In this document: positions 51,198-64,000 of the stretch, piece by piece | Position numbering within the stretch: the first letter of the stretch is position 1 | Layout of the letters: the number at the start of each line of letters is the position of its first letter | Source: Podarcis gaigeae | Taxonomy: Eukaryota | Assembly: GCA_964106915.2 (NCBI GenBank) | Contig: OZ066920.1 | Direction: 5' to 3' (one strand) | Length of the DNA stretch: 64,000 nucleotides | Notes under the pieces: model-generated | Told to the model about the DNA's origin: nothing | Seen by the model: the letters and a program-made list of their open reading frames with translations, nothing else | The model's database searches: none | Made by a program: the position numbers and the translations under genes

Positions 51198-52841
51198 ACA
51201 CTTATCAGCAACACAGAGGGAAAAAACTCAGCTGCTCATTCAGCAGGGTGCAAGCATAAGAGAAACGTGGGACTTGTAGAAAACATTGTGTCTGCAAGTG
51301 AGCAATAGGATTTAAGGGTGACACTGAAGAAAATAGATCATGATTTTCCAGTTGGTTACAAGAATGAGCAAAGCAAAAGAGTTGTCATGGTCAAGGACAT
51401 TGGATAAGCGGTTACATTTTTGTTAGACAAAAACAATTTATGTGAAATGAGAGCATAAAAATGCCAACAGTTCAAAAGAAGACATTTGTGCCCTGAAATA
51501 TTAGGCTACATATTTGGCAAATCATAATGGGGAGGGACTTCATCATGACCTTACACGTCTTTGTGACTACACAAAATAATTTTATAAACCAACTGTAAAA
51601 TTCTGAGAAAGGTATGAGTAAGCAAATGGGGCAAATGACAGCTTTTCATATAGTCTACACTCGTTTTTGTAGGAAAATAGTAAACAAGGTGGTCTTTTTC
51701 ATGAAGCAGTGCAATCCTCTTAAAAGGTTTACTTCCAGGATGGTGTACATTTTTATGTGGTGATCAGTGTGAGAAAATAATTAAAGGAACATAGGTAGCA
51801 TCATCCATGTGCAAAGTATACATGCTTAATTTCTTCTCGCTCTTGGACTTATATGAATGAATCTGTGGGTTTGTTTTATTAGTCTTTTACTTATTTTGTC
51901 TACTGTTCTAAGTCACTAAGATAAGATAAACCAATGTTTTGTCCGTTTTGTTCCAAAGCAGTTTTCCTATCAAAACATCAATATGTATTAGCAGATCTCA
52001 TTATATAATTAGTGCTGCATTAGATACCACACTAACCATGTTTGCACTTCCTCTCAACGATGATAAAACATCAGTTAACTGGGAACTGGAATAGAACTCA
52101 ATGCTGAGTTACTGTGAAACAGAACTTCCAACTTTTTGATTATAATATGGGTCTGCAGTTTCCTTTTTATATTTTAATATTAATATATAATATATAGAAG
52201 AATTTTGGAGTAATCAGTGTGCTTCGCATATATTATCATTATCCATTAATTGTAAGAGGCTTTGTCATGAGCAAAGTTTCTGGAATATGAGCTCTCAAAA
52301 TTTGAAGTCAGTTTAAGCTAACATCCCCCAATCCCCAAAAACAAATTGCCTAGAAGGGGAAGTCAGCAGGGCTTATGCTGGCAGCATCTGGCAGAATGAG
52401 AAAGGAGTATAGCCTTGCACATGGTGCATTAATGCCAGTTTGGTGCTCAAAGATGTGCACCACCCTCAATCTTAGAACAATCATGTTGAAGAAATGTTAG
52501 ATGGCAGCTTCTTGCAGCGAAAGCTGTAGAAGGGCACTGGACTGGCGCCTTTTAAAAATGTAACAATTTGGGCAGCATTCTACATGGTTATATGGGAGCA
52601 AACACAATGGAATTTACATTTGAGTAAGCATGGATAGGCTTGTGTTGTTTTAGTATATGCTTTTGCATATACTTTTGTACATGTTTCTTTGGGCTAGTGC
52701 CTAAGCGCAGTTGCATTCTGGATATTGGAATCTTTGGCAGCGGATCAGAAATGGAGTGGTTTCTGCTGCGCAGACACCTTATGCCCTAACAATGCGAGGG
52801 GAAATTATGTATGTGATTTGTACTGTTCTTTCACAAAAGAA

Positions 52842-52847
52842 AATAAA
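52842..52847 (+). terminator. Candidate SIRT5 polyadenylation signal
   Basis: AATAAA about 1.65 kb after the SIRT5 stop, upstream of the NOL7 CpG island. Confidence 0.45.
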
Positions 52848-53399
52848 CTATGTATTAATCCGAAAACAAAATCACTGGTATCTAATTGACTGAATCCCTT
52901 GGTTGCTGCGTATGGAAGTCAGACTGCCCCTTTCACCTCTTCCTGCATTTTCCCTGTCCAGAGGCGGAATCCAAGCTTTAAGCGTAGCTGTGATTGGACA
53001 ACAGGGTGTCCATCCAGAAACATGAACTGGCAACAAATAGCACTTTCTGTTCTTTCTAACTTGGGTCCTGTTGTGTGGGCATGTGTGTTGGGGTGGGGCA
53101 TTTGCTGTAACAATCCCGATGCAAACTGTTAAATACACCTGTACTTCAGGGTGGGGGGAAGCTTGTGCTGAGAGGGGATTATGATCGCTTCGCTGTGCAA
53201 ACTCAGCCTTAACGTTGCAAATTAAAGAGTCGAGGCTAGTTTGCTTTACTTATAAAATCCTCAGTGCAAACTTTCCTTAAGCTGCAGCAAAACCTGCCCC
53301 GATCCAGTAACTGACTGCAGCAACTGTCGCGGTTTAAAAAAATCACGTTTCCACAAGAAATAAGAACCAAGCTGGAAAGAGCAACAGATATATTACTGT

Positions 53400-53980
53400 G
53401 TTGCCATCCCTTGAGGGCGAGCGAGGGAAGAACAACATCCCTGCTAATCGCCTTATTTTGGCTTCGACTGGCAACTCCAACGCCCTCGGAACCTCGCCGC
53501 TCGGCCAACGCTGCCTGCCCGGAAGCTTATTTTCGCGCGCCGAGTCCGCTCTAGCAAGTCCCCGCTCCGCCAGGCTGCTTCCGGGTCAAAGGGACGCAGG
53601 GCCAGCCGGAAGTTCGAGGAGTGAAGAAAGATGGTGGCGCGGAGCACTCGCTCGATGGCTAGGAAAAGAGTCGCTGCGGAGGCTGCTGCCGCCGCCGCCG
53701 CCGCTTCCTCAGAAGAGGACGAGGAGAGTGACGAGGCTCCCGAGGAGGTGACCTTCGAGAGCGCGCGCGCCGCGGCCGAGGAGGCGCGCCGGTTGGCGGG
53801 GGAGCGCGTGCGCAGGTAAAGCTCGGCGTGGGACTCCTCCATCCCGCGCCTAGAACGGCGCCTTGCGCTTCGGGGGTCAGCCTCGTCGTGGCGGGGAAGG
53901 GCGGGGGTCGTAGTTGACCGGCGCCTGCCCTCCCTCCTTCTCCTATGGGGCGGGGGGGAGAGAGAGGCAGCGCCAAGAGC
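53400..53980 (+). promoter_or_regulatory. NOL7: CpG-island promoter of NOL7 with ETS/GABP-type sites
   Basis: CpG-rich; CCGGAAG at ~53519 and ~53606, CTTCCGG at ~53578; AAGATGG start context. Confidence 0.7.
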
Positions 53981-56900
53981 CTTTCTGTGGGAAAATTGAG
54001 CCATTCGGCAGGACTGAGGCGCCAGAACCAAAGAGAGAAGCTGACGTAGCTGCATCTTGGGCTTCAAGGAGCTGCTGCGTTCTTTTCTTGTTATCCCCGT
54101 GTCGTCGTCCCTTTCTAGTGTTGTAAATGGCCTTTGCGTAAAAGGTCGAATTTGTCCATGATAGGCCTCAGCTGTGAGAAAGTATTCCTTCCTTCGGTAG
54201 GAAAATAGTAGGTGGAGTTTGCTGGGAGAATAGTTTGCTGCATGCTAGAGAGAAGAGAGTATCAGTTCTTCAGACAAACAAGAGCCAGGATTTGGTAGTG
54301 TGATTCCACCTGGAGAAACGCTTGAATTTTCTTCATTCTATCCTAAACGGTTCAGTTCTGCAGTTCCTCAAGGACCACCTCTCCCCACATAAACTGACCT
54401 GGACCATGAGGGCTTTTCTGCTGCGGCCCCCTAATCCTCTTCCACCAGGCCTCTGGCTGATGAATTTTCTACAGCCTTTTAAATGTGTTTGTGGGGGGGG
54501 GGGGTCTTGTCTTGTTTCAACTATTTTGTGCTTTTACCCTGTATTTTTTTATCTTGTGAACTGCCGTGAGATCTTCAAATGATAAAATAATAATAATACA
54601 ACATCTTAGTCCAAAACTAAGGGAATGTATTAGAGATTTTTCTTGGTAGATTTGACAATATAATGCTGTCTACTGAAAGTAAATTTTCAGTCTTTCATAT
54701 TATAAGGACAAATTACTGTGTTCACGTAATAGTTAAGTGTGTTCCCTCCTCTCTTCTAAACATAGACAATTGTGGCCATTGTGAGACTACATCCTTCTTT
54801 TCCCCTGACTGCACTTCTTAGCTAGTTTCTCTTAACGTTGTTGGTAGCACTTGGAACAAGCACTCACAATTGACTGTAAATACACATTGATTTTTCTTGT
54901 GCCCATGTCTTCTCTTCATAAACAACATCTGATTATTTATTTACTTAGAGAAAAGGCTACCTTAAAAGAAAAGAGACGACAGAAAGAAGAACTATTTAAG
55001 GAACAAAAGGTAATGTTGAAGTTGTTTTATTTTTCATGCCCAGCAAACTTCCACGCTCTGAAAATGTTTAGCAGTTGTACCATACTGCCCCTGCAGTTGC
55101 ACACCATAAGACTGAGAATCACCATGAATAATATCAAAATTCAGTCCCAATGTGTTATTTTGCAGATACCTGTGTGAGGGATTTACATGTGTAATATACA
55201 AATGTTATCTACAAACTAATTTTCTAGATTCAGTTACAGATAGGTAGCCGTGTTGGTCTGCCATAGTCAAAACAAAAAAATTCCTTCCAGTAGCACCTTA
55301 AAGACCAACTAAGTTAGTTCTTGGTATGAGCTTTTGTGTGCATGCACATGAAAGCTCATACCAAGAACTAACTTAGTTGGTCTTTAAGGTGCTACTGGAA
55401 GGATTTTTTTTGTTTTAATTTTCTAGAGTTCCCAAATGTTTTTAAATGTAAGTGAAATATCACACATACTCAGTTTTGCACCACTTTTTATCTTAATGAC
55501 TGCAGTCTATTGAGGTAAACTATTTCACTATACTTTTTAATGTATTTTTAATCCTAGCCCTACCCTTTGCTTGTTGCAACTTAGCACAGTGCACATCTTG
55601 GGTACAGCATAGACTGTTTTGCTCAAAGTAGTAACACTTTTCCAACCTACGTGGTTCTTGTTTGTATGGTTTTATAAGGACCCATGAACAAAGTGGAGGC
55701 AGGATATAAATATGCAAGCTTAACGACTTAAGCGCTACCATTCTGGGTCAGACAAAAGCTCGATCTAGTTCAGTGTCCTTAAACAGCAGCCAATCAGATG
55801 CCTCTGAAAAGTTACAAAGTGTCCTGTTCCCTTTTCCCATGGCAAGACTTGTCTGGAAGTTTAATCTGGGATATACTGAACCTAACTAAAGATCTTGTAC
55901 ATAGCCCAGCTCATTGGTCATTTAGTCACAAAATCATAATGACCAAATGAGATATCAGGGCAAAGCCTATTTATCCCTTTCCCAAATTAATGCCTGGTTA
56001 GATACCAAACTTTCCACTCAACTGTCAGCTAGGCGTGGTATACCATTACTGCTAGCATTGTCAGAGGGCTAGCTTAATAACAGCTGTTGCTTAATAATTT
56101 GCTAATGTTGGTTTCTTTTAGAAAAGAAAGCTGCTTCCTGAAAATGTGTTGGAGGAGTTGGCATCATCAACACAGACTAGGTAAGCAAAGTATGTTCTGG
56201 AGCACCAATAAGCATTTCAGTGAGATTCGGTTGTATGCTTCCTTTGGCTGCAATACCCATAAATGACTAACCCCCACCTACACTGATGGATTTATAATTT
56301 CCAACCAACACCAATGGCCAGAATGGGGAGAGCAGCGCATGAATCAAGTGTCATAATATGCAGCTGGTGTATGCCCTACCTTTAAAAATGTGTCTTACCG
56401 TATTTTTCGCTCTATAACACGCACCTGACCATAACACGCACATCGTTTTTAGAGGAGGAAAACAAGGGAAAAAAATTCTGAATGAAACAGTGGATGTATC
56501 ATTTTTGTGCTTCATGCTGTGGCCACAGACATGTGATCTGATGGTGAATTTGGGGTGACCCAATGCAAAGATCCTGAGGATCCATGTGGATCCATGTTTT
56601 TTAACCACGTTTTTGCACCATTGCAGCCTCAGGCAACAGTGGGTGCGTGATTTTGGGGGGGCAGGCTGTAGCCATGGACATGCTATGTGATCTGATGGTG
56701 AATTTGGGGTGACCCAATGCAAAGATCCTGAGGATCCATGTGGATCTATGCTTTGTAACCACATTTTAAGTGGGGAGCGAAGGAAAAACAAGGGACATGA
56801 GAGGGGTGTGCAGAGAAGCAGCTGGCTAAGAATGCAGGAGAGGGATTTAACGGGAGGGAGGAAAGAAAGGCAAAAGTTTCCCCCCACCCAAGCCAGCCAT

Positions 56901-59900
56901 CTCTATCTCTCTCTCCCTCCCCCCCTCTCTCCCTCCCCCCCTCCCTCTCCCCAGCAGCACCTGAGCACAGAGACACACTCTGCTTCACCCTCTGCTTGCC
57001 TGGAGGGGAGGGGCTTTCCCTGCCCTTTGTTCCATTTCAGCAAACATAGCAACGAAACAGAGGAGGGTGGGCAGTAAGACCCTGAGGCAGAATGCAGGAA
57101 AGCAGCCGCTTCCTCTTTTCAGGTTTCCCTTCTCCGTGAAGCGCGATTTGATTTTTGCCTGATTTTTCGGCTCCAGGGACCACACATTCGCTCTATAACA
57201 CGCACAGACATTTCCCCTTCCTTTTTAGGAGAAAAAATCTGCGTGTTATAGAGGGAAAAATACAGTAAATAGTAAGGGAATTGGAAAGCTGAGTTACTGG
57301 GTGCTTGCAGAAGTCTTCCTATCTTAGTTTTGCTATTATATTCATGATAGGTAAGCACAGCTATTAACAGTAATTGCTGTGCGTATTTTAATAGGTTCCA
57401 TTTGAATGTGCCATTTTTGTATTTGTGAATAATTGATCAAAAGGTTCCTTACTAAATATCTTCCAATGTTAATTTCTCCTTAGCAAAAATCAGCCATCTG
57501 CCATGCAAGCGCAAGGTATGTGTACGATTCTGTCCAAGGTTACATTGCGTTTATTATGTACTTTGTATCATGCCATAAATATTAGGATCTACTTGACAAT
57601 GCCCATACAATATTATGACTATTATAATAATGACCATAACTATTTTGGTGTTGTTCATTAATCTTATAGTTTGAGATACTTTCACTTCTCACAAAATGCA
57701 TTCGTGCTGTAAACTTTGTTCTTTAATTCACATATTCATCATAAATGTGCTGGGTCCCCAATTACCTGCACCTGTTTGTCTGATAACAGTGGTCATTCTT
57801 TCTCTTACCACATACATTTGTGAATTGTTTAGTTGCTAAAGAGGCTAAAAAACCTACTGGAATGGGTTTGCAACTAGTTGAAAAGTATTACAGTGGTACC
57901 TCAGGTTAAGTACTTAATTCGTTCTGGAGGTCCATACTTAACCTGAAACTGTTCTTAACCTGAAGCACCACTTTAGCTAATGGGGCCTCCTGCTGCCGCC
58001 GCACTGCCGGAACATGATTTCTGTTCTCATCCTGAAGCAAAGTTCTTAACCTGAAGCACTATTTCTGGGTTAGCGGAGCCTGTAACCTGAAGCGTATGTA
58101 ACCTGAAGTGTATGTAACCTGAGGTACCACTGTATAGTCCTGCATGGTATCCATGGACGTGTAACGTTTCAATGAAAGTTTCCATTATTTTTATAGGTCA
58201 GAATGTTGAAGATGATTCTGAAAGTGAGAATGGCCAAAAGGATACAGAGGAAGACAGTGAAGAAAACTTGGCAACTAGGTATGGCTGAGTGATTCTTACA
58301 TGTCATAGTGTTGTAAGAAAAGCCCATTTATTCTGTTCTGCAAGCGCATATGATGTTCTTATTGCTCCAAATAACCATTTATTTGTTTTAGTTGTAATAT
58401 TATTCCCCCCCACAAGCCATTTCTCCAAATAACCATTTATTTGGTCACAAAATCTCAGATCCAGCCGCTTAAAGTACTGTACACAGATACTGTTGCATGT
58501 CAGTTGTATTGCAGGATTCTCCATGTACAAGATTTGGCTACTTCTGTCCATTCGTTCAGTAAGACTCAGGAAACGGCTGTGCTTGGCTTGAGGACGATCC
58601 TGGGTTTTATTACAATTGCCTTTTGAAAAATCTGATCTTGGAGACCCACAGCCAGTCACAATAGATAGTACTGATATAAGGCATCTTTTATGTATTTACT
58701 TAGGAAAGTTTATAACCCCGATAGGTTTTTATACTGTTGATGAATTAGCATCGTTCATTTTGAACAAGCCTGAATTATTCTTAGTGAAGCTGAGGAGTTA
58801 TTTAATTTTATTTTGATAAATTAAGGTTTTAGTTGTAATATTATTGCCCCCCACAAGCCATTTCTAAAATCATGCAAGCTTTAAAATATGCTGCCACGTG
58901 TGACAGTGTATGTTTTCACAAAAGACATCTCCATGTTAATACAAAGCCAAGCTTAGAGGCAGTTTCTGTACTTGCAACAGTATCCTGTGAAGACTGTCTA
59001 TAGTACGCAAAGTAGGACTGCCCACTAAGTAATAACCTCAATACCTGTTAGGTATTTTTGACTTGTCACTTAAATTAGCTTTATGTATGAGAACTTGATC
59101 ACATACATTAGATTACTAGGAAAAAAGGGAAGTTGGAAATCATTTGACTAAAACTTTCTTTATGTAGGTCTGCTCTAGTAAGAGAAGTTCCATTACAGAG
59201 AACTAAGTATCATTTTATCATTAGGCTCCAAGAAAGCTATATGGCTGTGCAGCTAAAAGATCAGGATTTAACCAACAAGCAGCAGCAAGTGGCCAAAGAC
59301 TTCCTACAAAAACACCTCTATGGAAGAGGTTGCCACCGAACAACAGGTACAGTGGCCTTTGCTTAGCACATTTGTAGAGTTATACATGTAGCTTATGCTA
59401 ATTGACTTTTTGTCTTTTCAGCAAACCAGTATTTTTCTGTTCAAAACAAGAGAAGTGATGTTAAAAAAGCTGCATTCCAGTTTGTGAATAAGTCTTGGGG
59501 TGAGTGCTTTTTATTTTTTGAATGTGCATCTTATGTGGGTAATGAAGATGTGGTATGGATATAATCCCCATGGAGCTGTTTGTTATGTAGGAGGTTTTCT
59601 TCCTGGGACAGTGCTTGTAAGTGTCAGGGTTGACATTGACCCATCTTTAAAGGACATGTTTTTTTTAATAAAAAAGCAGAAAACCCGGCCAGAAATAAAC
59701 TTGTGTGTTTACAGTATTTTTTATACTGAAGTGTAATTAGCTCAGTGGTAGCACACATGATTTGCAGTTCCCAGTATTTCAAGATAAGCGGGGGAAAGGT
59801 TCCCCTGCCTGAAACCCCAGAAGAGCTGTTGGTCAGTGTAAGCAATACTGAGCTAGACAGCAGTGGTTCATCTTGGTAGACAAGTCAGCTTTCTATGTTC

Positions 59901-60338
59901 CTAAAGAAGTTTGCTTTCTTGTTTGTGGGAGATTGGCTGGCCATGTTAATATAAGTAAAATAAGGGTTGATATAGTCCTGAGCATGGAGCTCAAAGCACC
60001 TTGTTTGTTGGTTTTATTAGCGAGATCCAACAGGCCTCCTAAGGTAGAGGATGATTTTCTAGATATTGTGTTGAGAGAATGGTATCACGCCTAGTGCTGT
60101 AGATAAGTTGATGTGAGACTTAAGCCAAAAACTGTCTGCCTTAATGTACTCAGTTGCTGTGGCTTTCTCAACCCAGAGGTGAAGGGGCAGATTGGCGCTT
60201 CTGTCATAGACAATTTGGAAGGGACCTGGCAGCAGCTGTTACTTAATAAAATCTTTTTCTTTCCTACCAGGTGAAATGGAAAAGCAAAAGGCTAAGAAGT
60301 TCACAAAGCACTGGGTTTCTTCAAAGATAAGCTGCTGA
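53631..60338 (+). CDS. NOL7: Nucleolar protein 7 (228 aa)
   Basis: Exons: 53631-53815, 54949-55009, 56122-56180, 57484-57515, 58197-58278, 59225-59346, 59422-59499, 60271-60338 (TGA); 687 nt in frame. Peptides DEAPEEVTFESA, LKEKRRQKEELFKEQKKRKLLP, SYMAVQLKDQDL, HLYGRGCHRTT, KAAFQFVNKSWG; position between SIRT5 and RANBP9 as in human. Confidence 0.93.
55229..55415. mobile_element. Penelope-like element fragment with fold-back inversion
   Basis: 12-bp TSD TAATTTTCTAGA (55217-55228 / 55416-55427); ~74-bp arms inverted about 55342/55343. Confidence 0.7.
56398..57265. mobile_element. Related Tc2/pogo-like non-autonomous element
   Basis: TA|CCGTATTTTTCGCTCTATAACACGCA...TGCGTGTTATAGAGGGAAAAATACAG|TA. 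Confidence 0.8.
57891..58132. mobile_element. Tigger-like MITE (same family as 37678-37919)
   Basis: TA|CAGTGGTACCTCAGGTTA...TAACCTGAGGTACCACTG|TA. Confidence 0.8.
59730..59900 (+). mobile_element. Old tRNA-derived SINE
   Basis: TAGCTCAGTGGTAG A-box head followed by a non-tRNA body. Confidence 0.5.
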
Positions 60339-61059
60339 AACAGACTACATTTTGACAAGTTGTGGAAAATAAATAGGAGTTTCTTAAGTAAGAGCTGTTC
60401 AATATGATTTCTTACATATATATTGAAAAGAGGCTTCATATAAGCCAACTTCTGTAAATACTATAAAGTATTAAGACATTTATTTTTATCCTGCTTTTCT
60501 CCTCTAAACAGTGTGTACTTTATTAGCTTTCCACATTTAAGCTAAATTTAATGCTGAAATGCAATTCTGTTCCTTAAATCCTTAAAGGATTGGAATGTCT
60601 CCTGCAGGACAGCTTTTTCATAATTGTTTTTATTTTAACAAATCTCTAGGTTAATAGTTGCATATATGCTTGTAAACAATAGCTGCTGGAATCTCAACTG
60701 CTAAAATAAAAATGCAAAAGAACCAATATGGATTACAAAATCAAGTTTTTCTTGGCCCTGAATTTCAACTTTCACATACAAGCTGCACTGTGAAAATAAA
60801 TACTTCTGATGAAAGCTATGCCACCCCCATTGGTGTTCAGTTAATATTAAAGCAGTGTAAGACAAAAAGTGAACCTAGACTGCTATGATCTCTCATCAAA
60901 AGGTTCTTTAAACCCTTTTAACACAAAGGAATCCCCTGCAGCCCATGCCATGACTTTCATAACTAGAGATGTTTAATTAACTAGTTCCAAGTCCAAAACA
61001 CAACACAAGCAAAGTAAGGTAGCCATCCTACCATATGTAGAAGTATTTAATGGCTGGTT

Positions 61060-61848
61060 AATTATGGTATCACTACATTTTATTGCAATAGAGTACTCAT
61101 TTAAGCACTTTTAAAAATGCAGGGTGTACAAAGATTAAATTAAGACTGAAATTGACTAAATATTTGGTTTTTATATAAATAGGCCATAACCACACTGTGT
61201 TGACATATAATACTGTTATAATACAACAGTTAAACAGGTGAGTCTACAACATAAGTTGTCTGCAGTTAAACAGGAAACAGAGTTGAAAAGACCATGTTAA
61301 AACAAAAACCACTAGGAAACAGGTTGAGATTGTAAGTAGCAACAAACATATTCACTCAGCTCCTGAGTATTTCAAGTTTTACAGTACACATTAAAAATAT
61401 TTCTTCCCATCAATACTATACAGCCAAACTGTCAGGTACTTATGCATTTTGCAAATTACACTGATTGATCTATGTAATAATGGGGGTGGAAGTTGGCAAA
61501 TTATCCTGCTTGAAGTTTACATCACCCACATACTAACACATCCACAACATCATCTATTTCGTCCCACCTTCCATGAAGGCAGGACTTTTTTGGTTTGTCT
61601 GGAACAATTCAAGGGTTTGTCAATCTGATGTTACCAATGATACTTAACTCTGGTTAAAGATGGAAAATTTATCCTAACAGTAGGTTAGAAAATCATTTGC
61701 GTCATGCTGTAAACTAGGAAGCAATGTAAAGCAACAGACCTGTCCTTAGTACATAATTTAAAAAATCCAAACTCCATTCAGCAGAGCTGGTCTACTTTCA
61801 TGTTGAATATAGCCACATTATACACCTTGGACATCATCATATGCATAG
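61060..61848 (-). other. RANBP9: RANBP9 3' UTR with candidate poly(A) signal
   Basis: Follows the TAG; TTTATT (AATAAA on -) at 61079-61084. Confidence 0.6.
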
Positions 61849-63341
<1,493 letters not shown>

Positions 63342-64000
63342 CTATCACTAAACAGCACAGCAGTGAGAACACAGTGCTTTGACTACACACAAACTCAATG
63401 AATTAGGCCAAAGTAATAATTGTGGTTGATCAATTCAGGGTTTGGGCTTCTGATTTAAAACTTTAATTTCTAATCCATTTTTCAACTTTGAGAACTCTGC
63501 AAAGCAGCATACAATAAAAGTGACAACAGCCCAGATAAAACCACATAAAACACACACACAGAACCCAAATTCAAAAGTTATGACAGAATGATGATTTTAT
63601 TGTTCTTCCAAAGGAGCCAAGAATGTGGATCTGGAAAGCTTCCTTGGGAAGAAGTTCTACAAAACTGAGGTCAATGCCAAAAGTGCATTATTCTTAGTAA
63701 CTCTTGATAGCAGTGGTCTAATAAAAACACAAGCTGGAGCTGTTTAAGTATCTAAGATAGACTTTGGTTACAAGGAAGGTCTGCTGACTCAAATAAAAAC
63801 TAATTTAGGTTTGTTTAGTGTGTCTATACTAACCCAGAGGATGGAGGAGGGGAAGCGAGTCCTCTAAGTCATATTATCAACTGCTTTTGAAACTTCCCTC
63901 AAATTCAGAAGCAGTTGTCTATGAGGTAAGCAAGACTTTCTTGGGCTCATGAAACTGGATCCTGACCACTGTAAATATTACTGCAAATGTAACGAAGCAA

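Noticed and set aside
53398-54067. Long ORFs on both strands over the NOL7 CpG island (also 40266-40959)
   Set aside because: Expected artefact of high GC content; only 53631-53815 splices into a recognisable protein.
59730-59800. tRNA-like sequence (also ~10560-10620 on the minus strand)
   Set aside because: No complete cloverleaf; these are SINE heads.

Overview
Vertebrate genomic DNA, almost certainly a squamate (probably a lacertid lizard, inferred from Sauria SINEs and lizard-type L2/CR1/Penelope repeats). It holds four spliced genes that I reconstructed exon by exon from GT-AG boundaries and frame continuity: the 3' portion of KIF13A (+, 25 exons, 1841-35690), complete SIRT5 (+, 308 aa), complete NOL7 (+, 228 aa) and the last three coding exons of RANBP9 (-). 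Most long ORFs in the track are spurious or repeat-derived. Main observations: (1) this KIF13A ends in an intact CAP-Gly domain and a KIF13B-like RKSW tail, which human KIF13A lacks; (2) the KIF13A>SIRT5 adjacency differs from human by one inversion with a breakpoint at the KIF13A 3' end, which may be linked to the domain loss; (3) a Penelope-like insertion in SIRT5 intron 1 carries a minimal hammerhead ribozyme, and a second copy folds back exactly at the ribozyme stem II; (4) the SIRT5 zinc finger has a 2-aa deletion. Comparisons to human proteins and gene order are from memory and need confirming by alignment.
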